A stretch of DNA of 64,000 nt, taken from the NCBI RefSeq assembly GCF_028641065.1, contig NC_073403.1, positions 30,752,001 through 30,816,000 of the forward strand, written 5' to 3'. Positions 1 to 13,109 of this stretch are shown here, piece after piece; the stretch's first letter is position 1, and every line of letters starts with the position of its first letter. The DNA comes from Leucoraja erinacea (lineage: Eukaryota). Under the pieces are notes generated by a model that saw only the letters and a program-made list of their open reading frames with translations, made no database searches and had not been told where the DNA came from. Position numbers and translations under genes: made by a program.

Positions 1-2515
1 AGCAGAGAGGCAGAGGGGTGTAAAATGAGGGTAGAAGCAATAGGTAGCAAGGTGAAAAGTAAAAGTGGCAGGCAGACAAATCCAGGGCAAAAATCAAACA
101 GGGCCACTTTTCAACATAATTGTATAAGGGGTAAGAGTGTTGTAAAGACAAGCCTGAAGGCTTTGTATCTTAATGCAAGGAGCATTCGTAATAAGGTGGA
201 TGAGTTGAATGTGGAGATAGTTATTAATGAATATGATATAGTTGGGATCACGGAGACATGGCTCCAGGGTGACCAAGGCAGGGAGCTGAACATCCAGGGA
301 TATTCAATATTCAGGAGGGATAGACAGAAAGGAAAAGGAGGCAGGGTAGCATTGCTGGTTAGAGAGGAGATAAACGCAATAGAAAGGAAGGACATTAGCT
401 TGGAGGATGTGGAATCGATATGGGTAGAGCTGCGAAACACTAAGGGGCAGAAAACGCTAGGGGGAGTGGTGTACCGGCCACCTAACAGTAGTAGTGGAGT
501 TGGGGATGGCATCAAACAGGAAATTAGAAACGCGTGCAGCAAAGGTAAAACAATTATAATGGGTGACTTCAATCTACATATAGCCTACCAGAGGACCAGG
601 GTCCAGCAGAGGAGGACAAAAGGCTTAATTAGGAAAGGGAAAATAGATTATGAAAGAAAACTGGCAGGGAACATAAAAACTGACTGCAAAAGTTTTTATA
701 AATATTTGAAGAGGAAAAGATTAGTTAAAACAAATGTAAGTCCCTTGCAGTCAGAAACAGGCAAATTGATCATGGGGAACAAGGACATGGCAGAACAATT
801 GAATAACTACTTTGGTTCTGTCTTCACTAAGGAAGACGTAAACAATCTGCAGGAAATAGCAAGGGACCGGTGGTTAAATGAGATGGAGGAACTGAGTGAA
901 ATCCAGGTTAGCCGGGAAGTGGTGTTAGGTAAATTGAATGGATTAAAGGCCGATAAATCCCCTGGGGCCAGATAAATTGCACCCCAGAGTACTTAAGGAA
1001 GTAGCCGCAGAAATAGTGGATGTATTAGTGATAATTTTTCAAAACTCTTTAGATTCTGGAGTAGTTCCTGAGGACTGGAGGGTAGCTAATGTAACCCCAC
1101 TTTTTAAAAAGGGAGGGAGAGAGAAAACGGGGAATTACAGACCAGTTAGTCTAACATCGGTGGTGGGGGAAATTCTGGAGTCAGTTATTAAAGATGGGAT
1201 AGCAGCACATTTGGAAAGTGGTGAATTCATTGGACAAAGTCAGCATGGATTTATGAAAGGTAAATCATGTCTGACGAATCTTATAGAATTTTTCGAGAAT
1301 GTAACTAGTAGAGTGGATAAGGGAGAACCAGTGGATGTGCTATATCTAGACTTTCAGAAGGCTTTCGACAAGGTCCCACATAAGAGATTAGTATACAAAC
1401 TTAAAGCACATGGTATTGGGGGTTCAGTATTGATGTGGATAGAGAACTGGCTGGCAGACAGGAAGCAAAGAGTGGGAGTAAACGGGTCCTTTTCACAATG
1501 GCAGGCAGTGACTAGTGGGGTACTGCAAGGCTCAGTGCTGGGACCCCAGCTATTTACAATATATATTAATGATCTGGATGAGGGAATTGAATGCAACATC
1601 TCCAAGTTTGCGGATGACACGAAGCTGGGGGGCAGTGTTAGCTGTGAGGAGGATGCTAGGAGGCTGCCAGGTGACTTGGATAGGCTGGGCGAGTGGGCAA
1701 ATGCATGGCAGATGCAGTATAATGTGGATAAATGTGAGGTTATCCACTTTGGTGGCAAAAACAGGAAGGTGACTATTATCTGAATGGTGACCGATTAGGA
1801 AAAGGGGAGATGCAACGAGACCTGGGTGTCATGGTACACCAGTCATTGAAAGTAGGAATGCAGGTGCAGCAGGCAGTGAAGAAAGCAAATGGTATGTTAG
1901 TATTCATAGCAAAAGGATTTGAGTATAAGAGCAGGGAGGTTCTACTGCAGTTGTACAGGGTCTTGGTGAGACCACACCTGGAGTATTGCATTCAGCCTTG
2001 GTCTCCTAATCTGAGGAATGACATTCTTGCCTTAGAGGGAGTACAGAGAAGGTTCACCAGACTGATTCCTGGGATGTCAGGACTTTCATATGAAGAAAGA
2101 CTGGATAGACTCGGCTTGTACACACTGGAATTCAGAAGATTGAGGGGGTATCTTATAGAAACTTACAAAATTCTTAAGGGGTTGGACAGGCTAGATGCAG
2201 GAAGATTGTTCCCGATGTTGGGGACGTCACAGTTTAAGGATAAGAGCTTTTAGGACCGAGATGAGAAAATCATTTTTTACACAGAGAGTGGTGAATCTGT
2301 GGAATTCTCTGCCACAGAAGGTAGTTGAGGCCAGTTCATTGGCTATATATAAGAGGGAGTTAGATGTGGCCCTTGTGGCTAAAGGGATCAGGGGGTATGG
2401 AGAGATGGCAGGTACGGGATACTGAGTTGGATGATCATCCATGATCATATTGAATGGCGGTGCAGGCTCAAAGGGCCGAATGGCCTACTCCTGCACCTAT
2501 TTTCTATGTTTCTAT
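1..2515 (+). mobile_element. CR1-clade LINE (HER1-like), ORF2 with endonuclease and RT, internally deleted and frameshifted
   Basis: ORFs 25-975 (YLNARS, ITETWL, GDFN endonuclease motifs), 977-1783 (YRPVSLTS, LDFQKAFD, QGSVLGP, FADD) and 1810-2425 (RPHLEY, VVNLWNSLP); 3' tail ttctatgtttctat. Confidence 0.93.
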
Positions 2516-2727
2516 GGAGTGCATCGCTGAGAGAGAACTTCCTGAGAGAATCTTTCCCCATTGTGATCGAGGAGACCCTAGCCTGCACAGCTCCATCCAA
2601 CAGTAAGCAATTGTATAGTGCGCAGGGTTAGAGGGTTAATTAATGACATGTAGATAAAGTGATCTAATGTTAAAATACGGTATCAGGATCTTACATCAGG
2701 ATCTTATGTTACATACGGTAATCAAAA

Positions 2728-2950
2728 GGCAAACAAAAATGCTGGAGAAACTCTGAAGAAGGTCTGAAGAAGGGTTTCGGCCTGAAACGTTGCCTCTTTC
2801 CTTTGAAACTCTTCCTTTCTTCTTCCCGCCCCCACCCTCACATCAATCTGAAGAAGGGTTTTGGCCCGAAACGTACCTCTTTCCTTCAAAGAGTTTCTCC
2901 AGCATTTTTATCTACCTTTGATTTTCCAGCATCTTCAGTTCTTTCTTAAA
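2728..2950. repeat. Penelope-derived pLTR-like repeat with two tandem minimal hammerhead motifs
   Basis: ctgaagaa-gggt.ttcg.gcct-gaaacgtt at 2764 and ctgaagaa-gggt.tttg.gccc-gaaacgta at 2848, bracketed by the inverted repeat aaaaatgctggagaaactc / gagtttctccagcattttt. Confidence 0.65.
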
Positions 2951-3480
2951 CAATCAATAAGGCAATTTCTCTTCTAAACTCTGAAGAATACATATCCTAC
3001 TTTGTACTTCATGTTCGGCCCCCTCTCATCGCAGGAATTAGCCGAGTGAATCTCTTTTAGGCTTCTGGTGTACCCTTGCATAATACTCCTGAGATGGCCT
3101 CATCAACATCCTGTACAATTGCAAAAATATTTCTCCAATGAGCTTTCAATAAAGACTAATATGCCAATTGACTTCCCAACCACTTGCTCCGTTCATTTGC
3201 AAACATAAGATGGCTTAAATCTGCTTCATTTCCAATTTTAGGCATCCAGGAAGTCTTGTCTCAGTGTCTCCTTTCTGCTCTATTGCTTGTTTGCTGTCGA
3301 TTTGATGATTCTTGACATCAATCTACATGTTTGAGATTCGGCATCATCCATTAATACTAAACCTTTTCCAGTTTAGTGCATTCATGTTTTTTAATTTGTT
3401 TTTGTGTTCTTCCCCATAAATTACTACAGAGCTAATAGCCGGGAACACATCCCTAATATCCCTGTGTATATTTTGCACAG

Positions 3481-3923
3481 ACCCAAGAGAGAATCCATAC
3501 TGCCCATCAAACGTTGCAACAAATCAACAATGTCTACAGCATGAACTTGGATTCAATCACTTGGGCCCAGCACAAGGTGGAAAACCTAAGGCTTCTTCTG
3601 GATCGGCAGCTCAGAACGTTAGAAGAATGTGTGAAGAAACCAGGATCAAAATCCACTTCAAAAAGAAACGCAAGAATTAGCAATTACTTCAGGAAGCTGA
3701 GAAAGTTTCTCAAACGGAATGTAAGACAGCAATCATATCACAATACAGTCAGTGAACCATGGTTTATTTCACCCAGTTTTAAGCTATTGTCTAATTATTA
3801 TTCATTTTGTTTTAATATTCTCAGCGATTCAGTGACTGTGCCTGGGAAATAACACGCACTGAGACCAGGGCACAATTACAGCAGTTCCTTCTCATCATGG
3901 CAACAATCAGCAGAAAAGGGTGA
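3481..3923 (+). CDS. Type I interferon locus A, exon 3 (3481-3720) and exon 4 (3825-3923); exons 1-2 not found in window
   Basis: AG/GT-bounded 240-nt exon TQERIHTAHQTL...LLLDRQLRTLEECV...YFRKLRKFLKRN and terminal exon RFSDCAWEITRTETRAQLQQFLLIMATISRKG*; CAWE is the type I IFN hallmark. Confidence 0.88.
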
Positions 3924-3926
3924 AAT

Positions 3927-4235
3927 GGCAGCACAGTGGCGCAGCAGTAGTCTTACTGCCTTACAGCATCACAGACCCAGATTCGATCTTGAATACGGGT
4001 GCTGTCTGTGAGGACTATCACGTTCTCCCTATGACAGTGTGAGTTTTCTTCAGGTGCTCCAGTTTACCACCACGCTCCAAAGACGTGCAAATATGTTGGT
4101 TAATTGGCTTCGGTTAAAAAAATGTAATTTGTCCCGAGTGTGCAGGACAGTTTTAGTGAATGGGAATCGATGGTCGGCATGGTGTCAATGGGGCGAAACG
4201 CCTCTTTCTCCATTGTATTCCCTATGGTCTAAATT
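3927..4235 (+). mobile_element. tRNA-derived V-SINE (HE1-like), just after the locus A stop codon
   Basis: A/B-box-like head (gtggcgcagcagtag...gattcgatc) and V-domain-like cgttctccct...ggtgctccagtttaccaccac. Confidence 0.75.
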
Positions 4236-4328
4236 TTAAAAGGCTTGCTCGGCACAGGAAATAAATTGTCACCGTTTATTTAAATGGACAATATTTATGA
4301 AGAAATATCAAGAATTATTTTGCAACAA

Positions 4329-5305
4329 TAGACAATAGACTATAGGTGCAGTAGTAGGCCATTTGGCCCTTCGAGCCAGCACCGCCATTCAATGTGATCA
4401 TGGCTAATCATCCCCAATCAGTACCCCGTTCCTGCCTTCTCCCCATATTCCCTTACTCCGTTATTTTTAAGAGCCCTATCTAGCTCTCTCTTGAAAGCAT
4501 CCAGAGAACCTGCCTCCACCGCCCTCTGAGGTAGAGAATTCCACAGACTCACCACTCTCTGTGAGAAAAAGTGTTTCCTCGTCTCCGTTCTAAATGGTTT
4601 ACTCCTTATTCTTAAACTGTGGCCCCTGGTTCTGGACTTCCCCAACATCGGGAACATGTTTCCTGCCTCTTGCATGTCCAAGCCCTTATCTTATATGTTT
4701 CAATGAGAAACCCTCTCATCCTTCTAAACTCCAGAGTGTACAAGCCCAGCCATTCCATTCTCTCAGCATATGACGGTCCCGCCATTCCGGAATTAACCTT
4801 GTAAATCTACGCTGCACTCCCTCAATAGCAAGAATGTCCTTCCTCAAATCAGGGGACCAATACTGCACACAATACGCCAGGTGTGGTCTCACTAGGGCTC
4901 TGTACAACTGCAGAAGGACCTATTTGCTCCTATATTCGACTCCGCTTGTTATAAAGGCCAACATGCCATTCGCTTTCTTCACTGCTTTCTTCACTGCCTG
5001 CTGTACCTGCATGCTTACCTTCATAGATTGATGTACAAGGACCCCCAGATCCCGTTGTACTTCCCCTTTTCCCAACTTGACACCATTTAGATAGTACACT
5101 GCCTTTCTGTTTTTGCTACCAAAGTGGATACCCTCACATTTATCCGCATTAAACGTCATCTGCCATGCATCTACCTGCCCACTCCCCCAACCTGTCCAAG
5201 TCACCCTGCATTCCCATAGCATCCTTCTCACAGTTCACACCGCAACCCAGCTTTGTGTCATCTGCAAATTTGCTAATGTTACATTGAATCCCTTCATCCA
5301 AATCA
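4329..5305 (-). mobile_element. 5'-truncated CR1 LINE
   Basis: Minus-strand ORF fragments [38 protein letters not shown]; (tagacaa)n tail. Confidence 0.9.
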
Positions 5306-5959
5306 TTCTCCTTCTGTGCCCTGTGTTCGATGCGCCTGCACCAACAGGCCCTCGCTCTGACTCTCCCATAGCTCCATGCCTCGCTCACCCACACCTGCAA
5401 TGGACCTCAACTTTACTTAATTCGATGCCAGATCCACGCCCTCAACAAACGCTTCCTTGTCAACTTGGACTCGACCAAGGATCACAAGCTTGCTCATCTC
5501 CAGACCAGTGTCAGACTAGGAGCAGCACCAACATCCACCGCCTCTCTGACCCTCATTGCCTTCCCGGCCGATCCCACGCACAGACCATCAATCCCGCTTC
5601 CACCGCTGACGCTCACAGCCTCCCCGGGGCCACCACTGCCAATGCCGCTGACCTTGACTGTCTGCCTGGGACCACCAATGCTGCCACAACTGACCCATAT
5701 CTTTACTCCAGCCCCCCGCATACCTACACAAGTGACTCCGTTGCCCCCCGCCTCTCCATCGGCCACCAGCGGGCCGGAGCCATCGCCTCACCTGAGTTCC
5801 AGGCCCACAACCTCCACGCTGCAGACTCCAACACCATGTGGTCCTATGGAAAGGAGACCTCACCACCCAGTGATGACCCTTTCTCTCGTCTTCACTGGTC
5901 CCCCACTTCTTGGACTGCCCCGGGCAGCCGACTCCAACATCCGAGCAGCTGTGGCTGAG

Positions 5960-6435
5960 GAGCGTTCAACCGCGGGCGGCACTGGATTTAAAACACCAGT
6001 GTTTTGAACATCCGAGATCTCCAGAGTCAGAGCTCCAACCTGAGGACCACGGGTGCTGCGGTCTCCAGGGACGAAGCTGCCACTCCAGACTTTCCAAGCC
6101 GCTGAGGTGTGTTCACCCGATGCCGGAGTTCCATCTTCCCGGCAAGAGGGTCTGAAAACATCGGACTGGCTGCGGAGGCCACAAATAGGCCCCGACCTCG
6201 GGTGATCACAGAGGAGGACTGAACATTCTGGTGCCTTTCCCCACAGTGGAAAATGTTGATTCTGTTGCGGGGGGTCATTCATGTTGAATTCTATAATGTG
6301 TTGTATCATTTTTTTTTTTTCCATGGATGTACGGAAACCTCATTATTTATTTTATGTAAAGCACTTTGGTTTCAACGTGAGTTGATTTAAATGTGCTATA
6401 TAAATAAAATTTACTTACTTACTTACTTACTTACT
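5960..6435 (+). mobile_element. 3' end of an L2-like LINE/SINE with (ttac)n tail
   Basis: gtaaagcactttg...aaatgtgctatataaataaaa followed by (ttac)n; 5' boundary uncertain. Confidence 0.5.
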
Positions 6436-7390
6436 GTTCTAGGCATACACTGGCCCCATCCCCAAACTATCTCCATTACATTGATGCCTGCATCAGTGCT
6501 ACCTCCTGCACCCATACAGAACTCATGGGTTTCATTAACTTCACCATCAATTACCATCCTGCACTCAAATGTACTTGGACCATCTCCAAAATCACCTTCC
6601 CCTTAATCTCACCGTCTGCACCACAGGAGATAGACTACCGACTGACATCTATTACAAACCCACTGACTCCCACAACTATCTCAACCACACTTAGCTTTCA
6701 CCCTATCAGCAGTTGCATACAACACATAATCCTCCGACATTTTCACCACCTCCAACGGGATCCCCACCACGTCACATCTTCCTATCTCCACCCCCTTCCG
6801 CCTTCCGCAGAGACCGTTGCCTCCGCAACTCTGTGGTTAATTAATCCCTTCCCATCCAAACCACCCCCTTCTAGGGTACCTTCCCCTGCAACTGTCCCTA
6901 TACCTCCTCCATTAACTCTATCCAGGGACCCTGACAGTAGTTTTAAGTTAGGCAGAGGTACACCTTCTCCAACCTCATCTACTGTATCTGTTGTTCTAAG
7001 ATTTGGATACTTATACATCGGCGGCACTTGTACATACACCAGTGGTATGAGTCATGATTTCCCTCACTTCAAGTAACCTCTGCATCCCTCTCTCTCCATC
7101 CCTCCCCCACCCAAGTTGCACCAGGTTCCCATTCGCACCTAGCAAACAGCTAACAATGGCCTGTTTCCTTTCATTGTTACTTTTTTGCATATCTTGTTTA
7201 TTTGTTCCATATCTCTCTCCATCACAGTCTATATCTCTCATTCCCCTTACCCTGACTCGTCTGAAGAAGAGCCTCAACCCAAAACGTCACCCATTCCTTC
7301 TCACCAGAGATGCTGCCTGTCCCGCTGAATTTCTAGAGCATTTGTGTCTATCTTTGATTTAAACCAGCATCTACAGTTCATTCCCGGACA
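6436..7390 (+). mobile_element. Degenerate Penelope-like retroelement (RT C-terminus, GIY-YIG, pLTR)
   Basis: Remnants TDIYYKPTDSHNYL (~6640-6680) and SNLIYCI...LYIG (~6970-7020); degenerate hammerhead-like motif at 7261. Confidence 0.7.
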
Positions 7391-8872
7391 TATTTTCCAA
7401 TTAGCTTTGCATGGCTCTGTATTCCAGTTGTAAGTGATGAGATTAGCAATATTACCTTTGGATTTGATAATGTTTTCAAACTTTTTTAAGTGATTTTAGT
7501 AGTAATCGACTAGGCAGATATGTCTTCACATTATGGCTTTCCCAGTGTCCAACAGTGATTCATTTATATCTCTTTGTTTATGAATAACAGCATCCTTCAT
7601 CAAAGGAAATATTTGTTTTATGCAATTTATAATGATACTTTATATTACAGATACTAAAAAATGTTTTGATGATGTTTATACAAACTGGAAAATATTATAT
7701 TGAAGCGAATTATTAGCGTGTGTAAATTGCTTTGAATATTACACTGATGTTAAATACCCATTTGTACAAGCCCATTTTCCATTGATGATTTCCCTTCGAT
7801 GCTTTCATTTCCTTTCTCTTTTGCAAACTTTAATCCTTTGTACCAGAATATTTAGTTTATTTTTGGCTTGGCACACAATTGGATACATACATCGTGCATT
7901 GAGATAATCCTTTATAATTTACGGAAACCCACAGCACCTTTTGATTGTATAAAATGGACCGCATCAATAAGATAAAGTCTTCATCTGTTATAGTACAGTT
8001 GGCCACAGCAAGAGAAGAAATATTCAGGGTACAGTGTGTCAGACAATAGGCTTACAACTTCACACTACTTGTTATTTTTGTTTCCTTTGCATGCTCTGGC
8101 ATTTTATGTGAGACAATGATGGTGGTTATATTCCTGGGCTTACATTTAAAGGTCTTGGTTGTTGATCCAAAAAGGACACAAGGTGCTGGAGAAACTCAAC
8201 GGGTCAGGCAGCGTCTCTAGAGAACATGGCAATATTTCAGTTTGGGACCTTTTTCAGACTAATTGAAGAACAGGGGAGTTGGAAGAGAGATGGGGGTGGA
8301 AGAAAGTCTGGAAAGTGATGGGTCCATACAGGTGAAGGGGGGTTTGACTGCTAGATAGGTGGACAAAGGGTTGAATGAGGTCAAATATGCTGCTACAAGT
8401 AACAATATCATTGTACCATTGTCAGTACACCTGATAGTTAACTGACACAGAAACCGACAGTGACCAATCCCATTGAGTTACTCCACCATTTTGTGTCTAT
8501 TGACAGTTAAACACTCTTGACTCCATTGAGGTTGATACAGGTAATCCCAATGATAAATGTGTGTATAAATAGATGCTCAGCAATTAAGGAATTTCATCCC
8601 CTCCCATTTTGTTTTGTTTTGCAATCTAAGCAATCCTGGCTAAAACGAACGAAAATAACAGAATGCAAAGTAGACTATCCGTCCACTGGAAGTTGAGTTG
8701 TCACAATATATTATTGTCCAGATACACAAGAACATATGCTGGCACCACCCACAGTGGTGGTTATCAACAGGTTTTGACAATTGCATACATTTGACATCCA
8801 TAAAATTGTAATTGCCAATGGTGGTGGTTTCTCACAGGGACACCTGAGATACTAACCACTCTTTGGTGAGTT

Positions 8873-9280
8873 TAACCATATAACCATATAACAATTACAG
8901 CACCGAAACAGGCCATCTTGACCATACAGGTCCCTGCCGAACACTTATTTTCCCCTAGTCCCATCTACATGCACTCAGACCATAACCATCCATTTCTTTC
9001 CCACCCATATACTTGTCCAATTTATTTTAAAATGATAAAATCGAACCAGCCTCCACCACTTCCACTGGAAGCTCATTCCACACAGCAACCACTCTCTGAG
9101 TAAAGAAGTTCCCCCTTATGTTATCTCTAAACTTTTGTCCCTTAATTCTGAAGTCATGTCCTCTTGTTTGAATCTTCCCTAATCTCAATGGGAAAAGCTT
9201 ATCCACGTCAACTCTGTCTATCCCTCTCATCATTGTAAAGACCTCTATCAAGTCCCCCCTTAACCTTCTGCGCTCCAAAG
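8873..9280 (-). mobile_element. CR1 LINE 3' fragment
   Basis: ORF 9027-9278 ERRRLRGDLIEV...FFTQRVVAVWNELP; (aaccatat)n tail. Confidence 0.85.
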
Positions 9281-10787
9281 AGTTTCCTAAAACTGAAGAA
9301 TTTAATGTTCATGTTTACGCTGTAAGGTACAGAAGCCCAATATGGAGTGCTGTACCTTCACTTTGCGTATGGCTTCACCCTGGCAATGGAGAGACCCAGG
9401 ACAGAAAGGTCAGTATGGATAGTTGAAATGGTTAGCTACCGGGAGATTGAGGGACAGATAATACATCTCATGCATTTGCAGGGCAATTTGGATGGGAAAG
9501 AATGAGTGAACCTGGGACTTGCAGAGGGGCTGATGTCTGCAGAAAGCGAAGATGTACATTGTAGATCATGGTGGGATCATGTTGGAGGTGGTAGAAATGT
9601 TGCAGAATGATGTGTTAAACTGGCAGTCTATTAGGGTCAAAGGTAAGCACAAGAGGAACGTGTTCCTTCTTATGAGGAGGAGCAAGTGCAGAACTATGGG
9701 ACACAGAAGAGACATGGGTGTAAGGTCCATACATTCTGTAATGGGGTGACCAGAAATGCACACAACACTGGAAATGTGGCTCTTGTACCCAATACCCCAT
9801 CCGAAGAGGGCTAGTATCCCAATTCACTTCCTTATCACTCTAATTCATATGCATTGTCTCTGCAGAGGAAAAATATATAATCGAGTGAAGTGCCTGGAAC
9901 ATTGAGAATTCCCACTCAGTAAAAATATTGGCAATAACTAGTACCACGCCCCTACAAAATAGTGAAAACACTTGAAATACACATCTTCAATGAAAGGTTT
10001 TTTACTTATTATAACACATTATCCATTACTAATCATACAATAACAATAGATTAACACAGCTTTTGAACATTTTTATCTGCTTATGAATATATCACAGAAA
10101 ATATCAAAACATTTTGGTGAATTTAGCTTCTGACCAGTGAGACAACAAGCATATAATCATTACTTTGGGTGAAGGATGAAGTTAAGCATAATGGTTCAGT
10201 AAACCCACCATATGAGAGGTGCACTCCCAATGCACAGTCTCATTGCAGCAGTGCACATGGAGGACAAATTTTCAGTAAAAGAGGCAAAAAGCTACGATTC
10301 TAAAGTTCAAACCATTTCCACAGAAGCAAACTGGACATTGTACCAGTTCGTATAGATGAGAAAATTCAATATGAAATGCCACCAGTTCACTTCAAAGTAG
10401 GAAGTGAAATAGTATTGACCAGAACAGAAACAAGCTGCAGCAAGGCATTGACAATGATCAACTGACCACAGAGCACCTTATTCAGTCATGGAACTCTGCA
10501 TTGCAGCAGCTGCCAGTCTTTGAAAGATTCATCAGATTCACATTTCATCACAGGATAATGATACAAAAATAAATATCAACAAATTAAAACAACACTTAAA
10601 TAGTGAAAATGAGCCAAAGGTTCTTTGTTCTCCATCTCTGGCTAGATGAAATTCACGTCAGTTTCAGGAAAAATATATATAGTAGCCAGAAAATGCTGAA
10701 GTTGCACATTCTGACAACAGCAGAAGATGATATTTTCAATAAGTTGTCTTTAATTTTAATCTCTTAAGAATCAGTTTTTAAAAATCT

Positions 10788-11227
10788 TCAGAATTTCTTG
10801 CTGATTGTTGCCATGATGAGAAGGAGCTGTTGTAAATGTGCCCTGGTCTCAGTGTAGGTTATTTCCCAGGCACAGTCACTGAATCCCTGGAATGCAAAAA
10901 AGTCAAGTAAATTTATTAGATAATGAACAGATAGAAATTGGCTGCAAAATCTGTTGGTAATTACAAAGTTTCATATGTGGCAGCTCACCTTCTGTTTCAG
11001 AAACTTTGTCAGATACTTAAAATATTTAAGAACTGTGGCATTCTTCCTTGCCCTGGACCCTGGGCTTGCTTTCCTGACACAGGCTTCCAGCTCTCTCAGC
11101 TGCCGATCCAAGAGAAGTGTGAAGTGTTCTACTGTGGCCTGGACCCATGTTACTGAGCACAGCTTCATGCTGTAGATCTGCGGAGGTGATGCAGTGTTTG
11201 ATGGACAATCTGGATCTTGTCCTGGGC
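10788..11227 (-). pseudogene. Type I IFN locus B pseudogene: exon 3 (11227-10989, 239 nt, 1-bp deletion) and exon 4 (10886-10788); exons 1-2 absent
   Basis: gtagatctgcgg versus gtagatcctgcgg in intact paralogs gives a frameshift near 11178; exon 4 GFSDCAWEITYTETRAHLQQLLLIMATISKKF*. Confidence 0.85.
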
Positions 11228-11451
11228 CTGTGCAAAATACACATGGTGACATTAGACAGATCATGGATCCAATAAGTTTTAAAGTCAGAATAGAATGCTT
11301 ATGAGTCTTAGTAGAATAAGACAAGGTGTAATCAGGTATAGTTTCAAACAATCGATCAGTGATGGAAATGAGTTTTAGGAAGTAGGGGTACTTTATGGTC
11401 CGTGAGGCTGAGGTTGGGAAGGAAATGGGGGTAATTTATTTATGTGCGGTC

Positions 11452-12312
11452 ATAGAAACATAGAAAATAGGTGCAGGAGTAGACCATTCGGCCCTTCGAG
11501 CCTGCACGGCCATTCAATATGCTCATGGCTGATCATCCAAATTAATATCCCATACCTGCCTTCTCTCCATACCCCCTGATACCTTTAGCCACAAGGGCCA
11601 CATCTAACTCCCTCTTAAATATAGCAAATGAACTGGCCTCAACCACCTTCTGTGACAGAGAATTCCACAGACTTTGTGTAAAAAATGATTTTCTCATCTT
11701 GGTCCTAAAATACTTCCCTCTTATCCTTGAACTGTGTCCCCTTGTTCTGGACTTCCCCAACAAATAATCTTCCTGCATCTAGCCTGTCCAACCCCCTAAG
11801 AATTTTGTAAGTTTCTATAAGATCCCCCCTCAATTTTCTAAATTCTAGCGTGTACAAGCCAAGTCTATCCAGTCTTTCTTCATATGAAAGTCCTGCCATC
11901 CCAGGAATCAGTCTGGTAAACCTTCTCTGTACTCCCTCTATGGCAAGAATGTCTTTCCTCAGATTAGAACACTCCAGGTATGGTCTCACCAAGACCCTGT
12001 ACAACTGCAGTAGAACCTCCCTGCTCTTATACTCAAATCCTTTTGCTATGAATGCTAACATGCCATTCGCTTTCTTCACTGCCTGCTGCACCTGCATGCC
12101 TACTTTCAATGACTGGTGTATCATGACACCCAGGTCTCGTTGCATCTCCCCTTGTCCTAATCAGCCACCATTCAGATAATAGTCTACTTTCCTGTTTTTG
12201 CCACCAAAGTGGATAACCTCACATTTCTCCACATTATACTGCATCTTCCACACATTTGCCCACTCACCCAACCTATCCAAGTCACCTTGCAGCCTCCAAG
12301 CATTCTCCTCAT
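11452..12312 (-). mobile_element. 5'-truncated CR1 LINE
   Basis: ORFs 11542-11778 and 11705-12145 ([22 protein letters not shown]); (catagaaa)n tail. Confidence 0.9.
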
Positions 12313-13109
12313 ACCCATGTAAGAGTACAATAATGCATCATTTGTTTATTGTGTATTTATAATATAGTTTATTGTATATTATATGTCTTAGCTGCTTTCT
12401 TGCATCTCCCTCTCTCGGTTGGCTGCAGACATCGTCTGCTTTGGTGAGGGAAGCAGGTCGGTGATTGATCCATTGGCCCCTAGTCTGATTGCCCACCGTG
12501 TGACCAGAGCATTATGTGATTGGACACAATGCCCTCGGAGACAGTGGCTGATTGGACAGGAGTAGACCGATTTGTGGATTGGACAAGAATTTTAAGGTTA
12601 GGTGGTCGGTGATTGGACGCAACACCCTTAGAGACAGCAGTTGATTGGCAGCCGAATAATCGGGCACAAAAAATTGAAAATAGGAAAACAATAAAATCGG
12701 AATTTCGATTTAAATCGGAAGAATATCATGCCTGATCTGCAGCAAAGATACTAGTATCCGGTGTAGTTTCTTTGATGTGCAGTTCCTTCCTATTGAAGAA
12801 GAACCCTGGCGCGAAACAACTCCTAATCCATTCCCTCCACGGATGCCGCCCAGCCCGCTGAGTTCTCCAGCACTGTGTTTTTTATTTAACTCTTGAAATT
12901 GAAGTTATACATAAAGCTGGGAGAGCTCAGCGGGCCAGGCGGCAACCGGAGAGGGATCTGACCAGGAGCCGCCATGGGCCAGGGTTCCCCCCACCTCCCA
13001 CCCCCCAACAGGAAGGTACCGCAGATGCAGCTATCCCCACAAAATACTAAATGATTCCGGGAATGCTGAGGCGAGAGGGTGAGATAGAGGGAGTGAGAGA
13101 GCGAGCGAG

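Noticed and set aside
2516-2610. ECIAEREL... immediately after the CR1 tail as a possible disrupted exon 2 of IFN A
   Set aside because: Only a CxxER resemblance; the downstream residues do not match paralog exon 2 and the nearby gtaagc donor is in the wrong phase
3927-4000. tRNA gene
   Set aside because: Degenerate tRNA-like head continuous with a V-SINE body; no intact cloverleaf
5113-6324. Long Pro/Thr/Ala-rich ORFs (281, 180 and 154 aa)
   Set aside because: They start inside antisense CR1 and cross GC-rich degenerate repeats; open on both strands, with no recognisable domain
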